Positions 10,262 to 18,282 of a stretch of 64,000 bases of DNA are shown piece after piece. The stretch is from an uncultured Eubacteriales bacterium (GTDB lineage: Bacteria > Bacillota > Clostridia > Christensenellales > UBA1242): NCBI GenBank assembly GCA_902496015.1, contig CABUZJ010000003.1, positions 18,402-82,401 of the forward strand. Reading direction: 5' to 3'. The notes beneath the pieces were generated by a model that worked only from the letters and a program-made list of their open reading frames with translations, did not search any database and was not told the origin of the DNA. The translations under genes and the position numbers were made by a program. Position 1 is the first letter of the stretch; each line of letters starts with the position of its first letter.

Positions 10262-10699
10262 CTACGACCTTATTATCTTTTTCATGTGAACAATAAGTCC
10301 ACCATCTGGATTATTCATAACCTCAACACCGTCCATAAAACTTTCCATTAGTGTAAATCCCATGCCAGAGCGTTCTTCTTTTGCTTTGGTTGTAAAAAAT
10401 GGTTGTCTTGCTTGCTCAATGTTATCTATGCCACATCCATTATCTGCTATCGTAATATATGCCATATTGCCTAAAAGCCCCACAGATATCATCACTTTAC
10501 CTTTTTTCCCAGCATAGCCATGCACAATTGAATTTGTTACTGCTTCACTTACAGCAGTTTTTATATCACTTATTTCGCTTACAGATGGATTTAACTGCAC
10601 ACAAAATGCAGCCACCATGCTTCTTGCAAATCCTTCGTTTTGCAAAATTGCATCAAAGTAAACAGTAAATTGATTTTCAAAAACTAAATCTTGTTTCAT
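10262..10699 (-). CDS. spoIIAB: Anti-sigma F factor (serine kinase) SpoIIAB
   Basis: HATPase_c motifs (EAVTNSIVHGY, DNGCGI, GMGFTL). 145 aa, lying between spoIIAA and sigF. Confidence 0.92.
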   Translation of the reverse strand: MKQDLVFENQFTVYFDAILQNEGFARSMVAAFCVQLNPSVSEISDIKTAVSEAVTNSIVHGYAGKKGKVMISVGLLGNMAYITIADNGCGIDNIEQARQPFFTTKAKEERSGMGFTLMESFMDGVEVMNNPDGGLIVHMKKIIRS

Positions 10700-10710
10700 A
10701 ATTTTCTCCT

Positions 10711-11031
10711 TTAACCCACTAATTTTGGCATTATATTATAAATACCACTCATTTTTAAAATTTTATCAACATGTCCTGTTGCATTTTTTATTGCAATGGC
10801 AATACCATTTTTACAAAACTTGTTATACCTAGCAAGTAAAACTCCAATTCCTGTGCTATCCATAAAAGAAACCTTAGAAAAATCTAAAATCAATTTGGCA
10901 GAGCCAATGCTTTCCATATCTTTTAATATTGTATCTAACGATAGCCTTACATGCTCTGCCGTAAATTCATCTAATTCGCCCGACAAACAAGCAATAACTG
11001 TGTCATCAATATTTTTATATGTTATTTCCAT
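10711..11031 (-). CDS. spoIIAA: Anti-sigma F factor antagonist SpoIIAA (STAS domain)
   Basis: 106-aa STAS protein with the phosphorylatable-Ser motif FMDSTGIGVL. RBS AAGGGGGA. Confidence 0.9.
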   Translation of the reverse strand: MEITYKNIDDTVIACLSGELDEFTAEHVRLSLDTILKDMESIGSAKLILDFSKVSFMDSTGIGVLLARYNKFCKNGIAIAIKNATGHVDKILKMSGIYNIMPKLVG

Positions 11032-11233
11032 TACTTCCCCCTTTGCTTTATTATGTTAACAAAAAAAACAAAAATAATAAGACAAGAAAAATGGCTTAAT
11101 ATAAAAGATTTTATATAATAAGGAACAATAAAATACTTATTTTGGTTTAATTGAATTTAAAAAAGAAAATTTTATATTTTACAATTATGTTAATTAAATA
11201 GTTATGCTTAATTGCATTAATTTTTTGAATAAT

Positions 11234-11269
11234 AAAAAAGTCAACACGATTAACTGTGTTGACTTTTTA
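11234..11269. terminator. Bidirectional intrinsic terminator
   Basis: gtcaacac(11240-11247)/gtgttgac(11256-11263) flanked by an A-run and a T-run. Confidence 0.7.
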
Positions 11270-11287
11270 TTATCTATAATTTAAGGT

Positions 11288-11833
11288 TTATAAGCCTTTT
11301 TCATGGTTATATTCTAATCTATAATTTTTATTCATAGTAGAATTTAGAGATATTTCAGCATCTTTGAAAAAGTTGACAAGTTTTTCTTTCATGATATTAT
11401 TGCTTGACTTACTTCTTCCATCATATGAAATATTTTTTATAAAAATTTTATATCTATCATATCTTCGCTCAGCATTAATATCACCTTTTATATCTATTGC
11501 TATAAAATTATCATGCTTAGTTATTAATGCAAATTTTTGTTTGCTATCTATGGTATTATCATCATCAATTATAAGTATTCTTTCATTATTAAGCAATGAG
11601 CATAATGGAGAATAAAGTGGGTCATTTTCTTTAAATATAAATCTTAAACTTTCGGTGTTTAAAGCTGAAAAAGCATTTATTTCTATGTCATCCCACATTG
11701 AAAAACGAATAAAAGAATTTTGTCCTATTTTAACAATTTTTGTTATTGTAATCATTGGGGCACAATATTGTTCTGGATCTTTATCAAAAGTGTACTCACC
11801 ATCAAATACACTTATTTTCTCATATCTATTCAT
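11288..11833 (-). CDS. Hypothetical protein (181 aa); no family recognised
   Basis: Clean ORF bracketed by terminators on both sides. I recognise no motif. Confidence 0.55.
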   Translation of the reverse strand: MNRYEKISVFDGEYTFDKDPEQYCAPMITITKIVKIGQNSFIRFSMWDDIEINAFSALNTESLRFIFKENDPLYSPLCSLLNNERILIIDDDNTIDSKQKFALITKHDNFIAIDIKGDINAERRYDRYKIFIKNISYDGRSKSSNNIMKEKLVNFFKDAEISLNSTMNKNYRLEYNHEKGL

Positions 11834-11867
11834 TATTATTTACGCTACTCTAAATATTTAAAAATTA

Positions 11868-11912
11868 AATAAAAAATCTAAATTAAAAGTATACCTTAAA
11901 ATTTAGATTTTT
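11868..11912 (-). terminator. Terminator after the tRNA cluster
   Basis: atctaaatt(11876-11884)/aatttagat(11900-11908), followed on the minus strand by a U-run. AT-rich stem. Confidence 0.5.
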
Positions 11913-11914
11913 AT

Positions 11915-11999
11915 TGGTGGGAGGTGGTGGATTCGAACCACCGAAGACGAAGTCAACGGATTTACAGTCCGCCCCATTTGGCCGCTCTGGAAACCTCCC
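11915..11999 (-). tRNA. tRNA-Tyr (GTA), CCA encoded
   Basis: Hand-folded cloverleaf with anticodon loop CTGTAAA, a long variable arm, and T-arm GGTGG-TTCGAAT-CCACC. Confidence 0.9.
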
Positions 12000-12034
12000 T
12001 AAATTATTAATACCGAATAGTGTATTCGGTATTT

Positions 12035-12109
12035 TGGAGCCGGTGGTCGGAATCGAACCAACAACCGTCTGATTACAAGTCAGATGCTCTACCATTGAGC
12101 CACACCGGC
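12035..12109 (-). tRNA. tRNA-Thr (TGT), CCA encoded
   Basis: Acceptor GCCGGTG/CACCGGC, anticodon loop CTTGTAA, T-loop TTCGATT. Confidence 0.9.
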
Positions 12110-12172
12110 AAATTTATTAAGTTAATCAAATTGAATGCGGGCTAAGATTTAACTTCGCTCCGCATCAATTCT

Positions 12173-12248
<76 letters not shown>

Positions 12249-12272
12249 ATAAGGTGCTAAGCACATTAATTT

Positions 12273-12349
12273 TGGCGACTCGGAAGGGACTTGAACCCTC
12301 GACCTCTAGCGTGACAGGCTAGCGTTCTAACCAGCTGAACTACCGAGCC
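12273..12349 (-). tRNA. tRNA-Asp (GTC), CCA encoded
   Basis: Anticodon stem CTAGC/GCTAG, loop CTGTCAC, discriminator G. Confidence 0.9.
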
Positions 12350-12357
12350 AACTTATG

Positions 12358-12434
12358 TGGTGGGCCTTCACGGACTTGAACCGCGGACCGACCGGTTATG
12401 AGCCGGTTGCTCTAACCAACTGAGCTAAAGGCCC
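12358..12434 (-). tRNA. tRNA with CAT anticodon, more likely tRNA-Ile2 (lysidine) than elongator Met; not an initiator
   Basis: Anticodon loop CTCATAA. The 5' half GGGCCTTTAGCTCAGTTGGTTAGAGCA resembles Bacillus tRNA-Ile(CAU) as I recall it. It lacks the initiator 3xGC anticodon stem. Confidence 0.8.
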
Positions 12435-12458
12435 ACACTTATAACAAAAGATAGAATT

Positions 12459-12535
12459 TGGTCGGGGTGAAGAGACTCGAACTCCCGGCCCCACGGACCC
12501 AAACCGCGTGCGCTACCAAACTGCGCTACACCCCG
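12459..12535 (-). tRNA. tRNA-Pro (TGG), CCA encoded
   Basis: Acceptor CGGGGTG/CACCCCG and anticodon loop TTTGGGT. Confidence 0.9.
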
Positions 12536-12570
12536 ATATATCTTTTGCGTTGACTTGTATAGAATACTAT

Positions 12571-12599
12571 AAAAAAACTTTATTGTCAATTATTTTGAC
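12571..12599 (-). promoter_or_regulatory. Putative sigma-A promoter of the tRNA cluster
   Basis: Minus strand TTGACA-17 nt-TATTCT, about 35 nt upstream of tRNA-Pro. Confidence 0.4.
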
Positions 12600-12658
12600 A
12601 AAAATTTTTATAATTTATTTACTACCGCAACCAAAAAGATATACTAATAGATTTTTTA

Positions 12659-13276
12659 TTATTTTTCCAACTGAATTTCTGTCTTATTTGTTTTTTGAGA
12701 TATAATTTCATAAATGTCATTAGGACAATTTGCAAAGTTTACATTACTTGGTAAAATTTCTTTATATTGTTTATTATGTGGAGCTGATATCAAAATACTA
12801 TCTATTCCTTTTGCACTTAAATTATGTATTACATTAATATTATCGTCTATAAAAATATCCACATTATATTTTAAACAATTTTGCACTTTATCGGTATCCC
12901 TGCAAATTATTTTATCAAATTTAATCCCTTTTTCTTTTAACCACAAAAAAGATAAAACATATGGATTAACACATTTTAAATCACTCGCTCCTCTTGCGGT
13001 GATTAATATTATTTTATGCCCATCAGCCTTTAGTTTGTCTATTACTTCTTTTATATTTCCGTTTAAATCACCATTTTTTAAAACATCAACAGCAATAATA
13101 TCCCAAAATTTATTTGCCTCTTTATTAGAAATTCCAAACTTTTCAAGCATACCAAATTTTTCAGGATATTTCATAATAGTTGGCAAACCATTATCTTCCA
13201 AGTATTTAATTGCTAGTCCATATTCATAATTAAAAGGGTTCGTTATAGTGTAATCAATATCAAATCCTATATTCAT
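12659..13276 (-). CDS. HAD-superfamily hydrolase (5'(3')-nucleotidase-like)
   Basis: DxDxT motif at the N-terminus (FDIDYTIT), ILITARG, and the C-terminal acidic motif IFIDDN. Confidence 0.65.
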   Translation of the reverse strand: MNIGFDIDYTITNPFNYEYGLAIKYLEDNGLPTIMKYPEKFGMLEKFGISNKEANKFWDIIAVDVLKNGDLNGNIKEVIDKLKADGHKIILITARGASDLKCVNPYVLSFLWLKEKGIKFDKIICRDTDKVQNCLKYNVDIFIDDNINVIHNLSAKGIDSILISAPHNKQYKEILPSNVNFANCPNDIYEIISQKTNKTEIQLEK

Positions 13277-13292
13277 TTATTTTTCTCTTTTA

Positions 13293-14873
13293 TTAATCTA
13301 TTTCTAAATATTCATTATATGTAGTTTGTTTATCATAAACCTTTGTTTTATCAATCACAATAATTCTATTTGCAACTGTTTGCATTAATTCATGGTCGTG
13401 CGTTGTAAATAGCATTGGAGAATTATAATTTATCATGCCTTTATTAAGAGCCGTTATGCTTTCAAGGTCCAGATGATTAGTTGGCTCATCTAAGATTAAA
13501 ACGTTACCCGCTTTAAGCATAGCCCGCGCAAGCATACATCTTACTTTTTCGCCACCACTTAAAACTTTTGCTTTTTTGTTCCCTTCTTCCCCAGTAAACA
13601 ACATTCTTCCTAGCCAACTTCTTAAATATGTTTGGTCTTTTTCTTTACTAAATTGAGCAAGCCAGTCAACCAAATTCAAATCGCAATTTTCAAAATATTT
13701 GTCATTATTTTCTGGTAAATAACTAACTGTGGTGGTTGCTCCCCATTTAAATTCTCCACTATCTGCCTTTTCTTCACCAACTAATATTTTAAAAAGCATT
13801 GTAATCACATTTGCTCTATCACATAAAAATGCAATTTTATCTTCTTTTGTAACAACAAATGAAAGATTTTCAAAGAAGCCTTTTTTTGTTAAATTTTCAA
13901 CTCTTAAAACTTCATTTCCAACTTCTCTTTCAGGTCTGAAATCTATATATGGATATTTCCTGCTAGATGGTTTTATGTCTATAAAAGTAAGTTTTTCTAA
14001 TTCTTTTTTTCTGCTTGTTGCTTGCTTACTTTTACTTGCATTAGCACTAAATCTAGCAATAAATTCTTGCAATTCTTTTGCTCGCTGTTCACTTTTTTTA
14101 TTCTGTTCTTTTGCTTGGCGCGCTAAAAGTTGACTTGTTTCATACCAAAAGTCATAATTACCTACATACATATTAATTTTCCCAAAATCGACATCACAAA
14201 TATGCGTGCAAATTTTATTCAAAAAATATCTATTATGTGAAACAACTATTACCGTATTTTCAAAATTAAGTAAATAATTTTCAAGCCAATTTACAGTTTT
14301 TGCATCTAAGTTATTTGTTGGTTCGTCTAGTATCAAAATGCCTGGGTTCATAAATAAAGCTTTTGCAAGCAAAACTTTAACTTTTATTTTAGGTTCAACA
14401 TCTTTCATTAAGCTATAAAAAATTTCTTTAGGAACACCTAATTCGGCAAGCAAATTTTGTGCTTCACTTTCTGCTTCATAACCATTCATTTCAATAAATT
14501 CATTTTCAAGTTCTCCAACCCTTATACCATCTTCATCGGTATATTCTTCGGTTGCAAGTTTAGCATATAAAGCGTCTTTTTCGTTTCGAACATCTACTAA
14601 ATGTTTATGCCCCATTATAACCGTTTCTGTAACAGTGTAATCGTCAAACTCGTTTTGATTTTGCGATAACACACTCATTCTTTTGCCTCGTTCTATTATA
14701 ATTTCGCCACTACTTGGCTCAATTTGTCCGCTTAACAATTTTAAAAAGGTTGATTTTCCCGCACCATTAGCTCCAATTATTCCATAACAATTACCTTTAT
14801 CAAATCTTAAATTAACATCTTCAAAAAGCACTCTACCACCAAATTGAAGTCTAACATTATTACATTGTATCAC
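13293..14873 (-). CDS. ABC-F family ATPase (two ABC domains, no TM domain)
   Basis: Two Walker A / signature / Walker B sets (GANGAGKST..LILDEPTN and LSGGEKVR..LILDEPTNHLD) joined by a charged linker. Confidence 0.85.
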   Translation of the reverse strand: MIQCNNVRLQFGGRVLFEDVNLRFDKGNCYGIIGANGAGKSTFLKLLSGQIEPSSGEIIIERGKRMSVLSQNQNEFDDYTVTETVIMGHKHLVDVRNEKDALYAKLATEEYTDEDGIRVGELENEFIEMNGYEAESEAQNLLAELGVPKEIFYSLMKDVEPKIKVKVLLAKALFMNPGILILDEPTNNLDAKTVNWLENYLLNFENTVIVVSHNRYFLNKICTHICDVDFGKINMYVGNYDFWYETSQLLARQAKEQNKKSEQRAKELQEFIARFSANASKSKQATSRKKELEKLTFIDIKPSSRKYPYIDFRPEREVGNEVLRVENLTKKGFFENLSFVVTKEDKIAFLCDRANVITMLFKILVGEEKADSGEFKWGATTTVSYLPENNDKYFENCDLNLVDWLAQFSKEKDQTYLRSWLGRMLFTGEEGNKKAKVLSGGEKVRCMLARAMLKAGNVLILDEPTNHLDLESITALNKGMINYNSPMLFTTHDHELMQTVANRIIVIDKTKVYDKQTTYNEYLEID

Positions 14874-14900
14874 TTTAATTTCTCCTTATTTATCTAGTTA

Positions 14901-14929
14901 AGCATAACAAATTAAATAAATATTGTCAA
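14901..14929 (-). promoter_or_regulatory. Putative sigma-A promoter for the ABC-F gene
   Basis: Minus strand TTGACA-17 nt-TATGCT, upstream of RBS AAGGAGA. Confidence 0.45.
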
Positions 14930-14954
14930 TCTTTGTTAAAAATAAAATTAAGTA

Positions 14955-16049
14955 TTAAATTTTATTATTTTTTATTTTCTCCCATGAAAATTCATCCCTT
15001 CCAAAGTGTCCAAAACAAGCAGTCTTTTTATAAATAGGTTTTAGCAAATTTAACTCTTTTATTATATTATCTATACTAAAATCGAAATTATTTCTAACAT
15101 AATCACGAATTTGCTTAAAAGGCACTTTATTTGTTTTAAAACAATCTATATATATTGAAGTGGCATTTTCTTTACCTATAACATAAGTGGCCTGTATTTC
15201 ACAATTATCGGCTAAACCATGGGCAACTATGTTTTTTGCCACATATCTAGCATAATAAGCACCTGACCTGTCAACTTTCGTTGCATTTTTTGAACTAAAA
15301 CAACCCCCACCAACTCTACCTATTGAACCATAACTATCAACAACAATTTTACGCCCCACACAACCACTGTCAGCAAAAGAACCCCAAATTGTAAATTTTC
15401 CACTTGGATTGATTTCAAATTTTGTTTTTTCATTAATAAAGTTCTCATATTCTTTTAAAACAGGATTAATGACTTCTGTTTTTATTATTTCTTTTATTTG
15501 ATTAATATTTAATTCTTTACTATGAGAAACACTAATTAAAATCATTGAAATGTATAATGGCTTTTTATTTTCATAACAAACAGAAACTTGACTTTTAGCG
15601 TCTGCATAAAAATTATCAGTTAGTTTTCTAAATTCTTCATATTTCTGCATTAGTTTGTTTGCTATTACTATTGTAAGTGGCATATATTCTTTTGTTTCAT
15701 TTGTAGCATAACCAAAAACTATTCCTTGATCATTTGCACAAAGTTTTTTCTTGACGACTGCCTGATTAATGTCTGCACTTTGTTTACTAATTTCTTTAAT
15801 AATTTTAAATTCATTTTTATAACCAATATCTTTTAATGTATCTTTTGCAATTTTATCATAATCAATTATTGCATTTGTAGTTGCTTCTCCATAAACAAAC
15901 AATTTATCATTTTTTATAGCACATTCAACTGCCATTTGACTAGATTCATCTTGTCTTAATGCCTCGTCTAAAAAGGCATCTGCTATTGTGTCACAGGTTT
16001 TATCTGGGTGACCAATATTAACACTTTCACTTGTAATAATTTTTTTCAT
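14955..16049 (-). CDS. metK: S-adenosylmethionine synthetase (divergent MetK)
   Basis: SESVNIGHPDK, DQGIVFGYATNET, GRKIVVDSYG, KVDRSGAYYARYVAKNIVAHGLA. Start at ATG 16049 (RBS AAAGGGAG). The track ORF extension to 16145 runs through the riboswitch. Confidence 0.88.
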   Translation of the reverse strand: MKKIITSESVNIGHPDKTCDTIADAFLDEALRQDESSQMAVECAIKNDKLFVYGEATTNAIIDYDKIAKDTLKDIGYKNEFKIIKEISKQSADINQAVVKKKLCANDQGIVFGYATNETKEYMPLTIVIANKLMQKYEEFRKLTDNFYADAKSQVSVCYENKKPLYISMILISVSHSKELNINQIKEIIKTEVINPVLKEYENFINEKTKFEINPSGKFTIWGSFADSGCVGRKIVVDSYGSIGRVGGGCFSSKNATKVDRSGAYYARYVAKNIVAHGLADNCEIQATYVIGKENATSIYIDCFKTNKVPFKQIRDYVRNNFDFSIDNIIKELNLLKPIYKKTACFGHFGRDEFSWEKIKNNKI

Positions 16050-16085
16050 ATATTTACTCCCTTTAATTTTTTCCATAAAGAAAGC

Positions 16086-16226
16086 AATAAAAAAGCCATC
16101 GATACCGATGGTCATAATAATCATAAAATTAATTATCAACACCATCGGTCAGCCATTAGCACCTTAGCAAATTGCTAGGTTGCTGAACGGTCATAGGGGC
16201 TGTCCCTCGCGTTCTCTTCATGGATA
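16086..16226 (-). promoter_or_regulatory. SAM-I (S-box) riboswitch with terminator/antiterminator, in the metK leader
   Basis: Minus strand AAGAGAACGCGAGGGACAGCCCCTATGACCGTTCAGCAACC..AAGGTGCTAA fits the S-box core. Terminator CCATCG-GTAT-CGATGG plus T6. ACCGATGGT in the aptamer 3' side is complementary to ACCATCGGT in the terminator. Confidence 0.8.
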
Positions 16227-16338
16227 TTTTTAATATAACATAAAATTTTGTAAATGTATAGTTTTTTATAAAAGATTTTTTAAATTTATGTTTAAAACAA
16301 AGATTAATGGTTAAACTATGCATAAAGGGGAGATATAA

Positions 16339-17172
16339 ATGAGTGATACAAATAATAAAAAGAAAAATACTAATAAAAGTGCTAACTATAAACCAAAAAG
16401 TGCAAAAGCAACATCTAGTAATGCAAAATCTGGAAAAGTTGTTAACTCTAAAACCACAACAAATGGGAATACAAAAGTTGTTAAAGCAGAAGTTGAAAAA
16501 AATGGTGAAAATATAAAACAAAAAATTGTAACTACGAAAAATGTAGAAGATTCGCCAATAACAAATAGTTCTAAATTTGAAGATAACACTAATAAAACAG
16601 AAAAGTCACATTTAGATTCAAATTCTAAAAATCAAACCCACGACTTCACTGCTACATCTTCAAAAACACAAACAACACATTTGCATAAACCATCTTACCC
16701 TGAAAATTGGTGGCTGTGGGCAATAATAATTATTGGCTCATGTTTATTGGCTGGTGGACTAGCTACACTTTTAGGCGGTCAAATGTTTAATTTCCGTGAT
16801 CATGTGTTACCTGCTGGTGTTGTTCCAAAAATTGTATTTCCTATTGCATGGTCACTTATATATGTTTTAATTGGTGTTTCTGCTTTCTTAGTATTTCTAA
16901 GCCCAAACCAAACAGAACAGACCAGGCGAGGAGATATTATTTGGTTTTGTATTAACTTATTTTTAAATATTTTATGGCCACTATTCTTTTTTAGATTAGA
17001 CCTTTTAATTTTAAGTACTATTCTTTGTGCATTGGTAGTAATTACCGCAATAATAACTTGTTATAGGTTTTATTATAGAAATTTAGCAGGTGGAATTTGT
17101 TACACAATTTATACGCTTTGGCTAATGTATGCATTTTATTTAAACCTTGCAATCTGCTTGCTTAACGCATAG
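16339..17172 (+). CDS. tspO: TspO/MBR family membrane protein with an approximately 125-aa K/N/T-rich N-terminal extension
   Basis: The C-terminal 150 aa has the TspO pattern (PIAWSLIYVLIGVSAFLV, NLFLNILWPLFFF, LWLMYAFYLNLAI). RBS AAGGGGAG. Confidence 0.75.
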   Translation: MSDTNNKKKNTNKSANYKPKSAKATSSNAKSGKVVNSKTTTNGNTKVVKAEVEKNGENIKQKIVTTKNVEDSPITNSSKFEDNTNKTEKSHLDSNSKNQTHDFTATSSKTQTTHLHKPSYPENWWLWAIIIIGSCLLAGGLATLLGGQMFNFRDHVLPAGVVPKIVFPIAWSLIYVLIGVSAFLVFLSPNQTEQTRRGDIIWFCINLFLNILWPLFFFRLDLLILSTILCALVVITAIITCYRFYYRNLAGGICYTIYTLWLMYAFYLNLAICLLNA

Positions 17173-17175
17173 AAA

Positions 17176-17212
17176 AAATAAACTTGATTTTCATAATCAA
17201 GTTTATTTTTTA
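17176..17212 (+). terminator. Intrinsic terminator after tspO
   Basis: ataaacttgatt(17178-17189)/aatcaagtttat(17195-17206) followed by a T-run. Confidence 0.75.
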
Positions 17213-17223
17213 TTATAAATGTC

Positions 17224-17252
17224 TTGCGTTATTATAAAATTAATGTTAAACT
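17224..17252 (+). promoter_or_regulatory. Putative promoter for tRNA-Gly(CCC)
   Basis: TTGCGT-17 nt-TAAACT, about 20 nt upstream of the tRNA 5' end. Confidence 0.4.
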
Positions 17253-17271
17253 AATACTGTTTATTAAGAAT

Positions 17272-17345
17272 GCAGGTGTAACTCAATGGCAGAGTGCTCG
17301 CTTCCCAAGCGAGTTACGGGGGTCCGATTCCCCTCACCTGCTCCA
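17272..17345 (+). tRNA. tRNA-Gly (CCC), CCA encoded, non-canonical T-loop
   Basis: Acceptor GCAGGTG/CACCTGC, anticodon loop TTCCCAA, discriminator T. The T-loop is TCCGATT, giving C where U55 is expected. Confidence 0.8.
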
Positions 17346-17524
17346 TTTTATTTTTAATAGATAATGCAAATATTTTATACAATTAATCTTTAATAATAAA
17401 AAAATTTAATTATTCAAAATAAAAATTCACTAATAAAGGTTAAAGAATTTTGCATTATTTATTTAATTTAATATATAATTAATTATTAAAATAATAATAA
17501 AAAAGAATTATAAAACTTAATTAT

Positions 17525-17599
<75 letters not shown>

Positions 17600-17659
17600 C
17601 TATTTGTTATAAATATACAATAATCATATAAATAAAAAATAACATCTATTTTTAAGATG

Positions 17660-18280
17660 CTACTTTCTTTTTTTGTTATATTTATCATCTAGCATTTTAC
17701 GCAATTCATTCATTTTATTTGTCATTTCATCAACTGCCATTTTAGTTTCTTCTGGTGTTAATTTATTTGGATTTTCCCCATCAACCATAAATGGTTTACC
17801 AACAGCAATAATATTTCTCCTTAAAAATTTAGGGCGTTTATAAATTATTATTGGAATTATTGGCACACCTGCTCTTGATGCAAACATTATTGCACCTTCA
17901 TGAATTTTCCCCATTTTCGTTTCATCATCAGTTTTGTTTCGTGTTCCTTCGGGGAAAACACCTAATATTTTATTTTCTTTTAGCACCTTTAACCCTTGTT
18001 TTATTGCATTAATATCGGCCGTTCCACGATTAACAGGAATTGCTCCTAACCCCTTATAAAACCATGCCCCAATCTTAGATTTAAATAGTTCCGCTTTACC
18101 TAAAAATCTAATTTTTTTAACTAATTTGATGTTCAGCAATATCGGGTCTAAATTAGATAAATGATTGCAAACCACCACTGCACCTTGTTTTTTAACTAAG
18201 TTTTTTTTGCCAAAAACTTTTGTTGGATAAAACAAAGTTATTGGAAGCCAAGCAATTATAAACATTATAACAAACAACAT
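17660..18280 (-). CDS. plsC: 1-acyl-sn-glycerol-3-phosphate acyltransferase
   Basis: HxxxxD motif (CNHLSNLDP) and FPEGTRN motif. Confidence 0.85.
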   Translation of the reverse strand: MLFVIMFIIAWLPITLFYPTKVFGKKNLVKKQGAVVVCNHLSNLDPILLNIKLVKKIRFLGKAELFKSKIGAWFYKGLGAIPVNRGTADINAIKQGLKVLKENKILGVFPEGTRNKTDDETKMGKIHEGAIMFASRAGVPIIPIIIYKRPKFLRRNIIAVGKPFMVDGENPNKLTPEETKMAVDEMTNKMNELRKMLDDKYNKKRK

Positions 18281-18282
18281 AT

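Noticed and set aside
12714-13229. Long antisense ORFs opposite real genes. Examples: 12714-13229, 13729-14133, 21538-21945, 34762-35208, 43732-44124, 44254-44628, 53603-53983 and 63380-63967.
   Set aside because: All lie fully inside well-supported genes on the other strand. They have L/S/F/I-rich shadow-ORF composition, no RBS and no recognisable motifs. This is the usual by-product of AT-rich codon usage.
16050-16521. The N-terminal extension of the metK ORF (to 16145) and ORF 16156-16521 (-).
   Set aside because: The extension runs through the SAM riboswitch terminator, and the real start at 16049 has a strong RBS. ORF 16156-16521 covers the riboswitch and promoter, and is antisense to the tspO 5' end.
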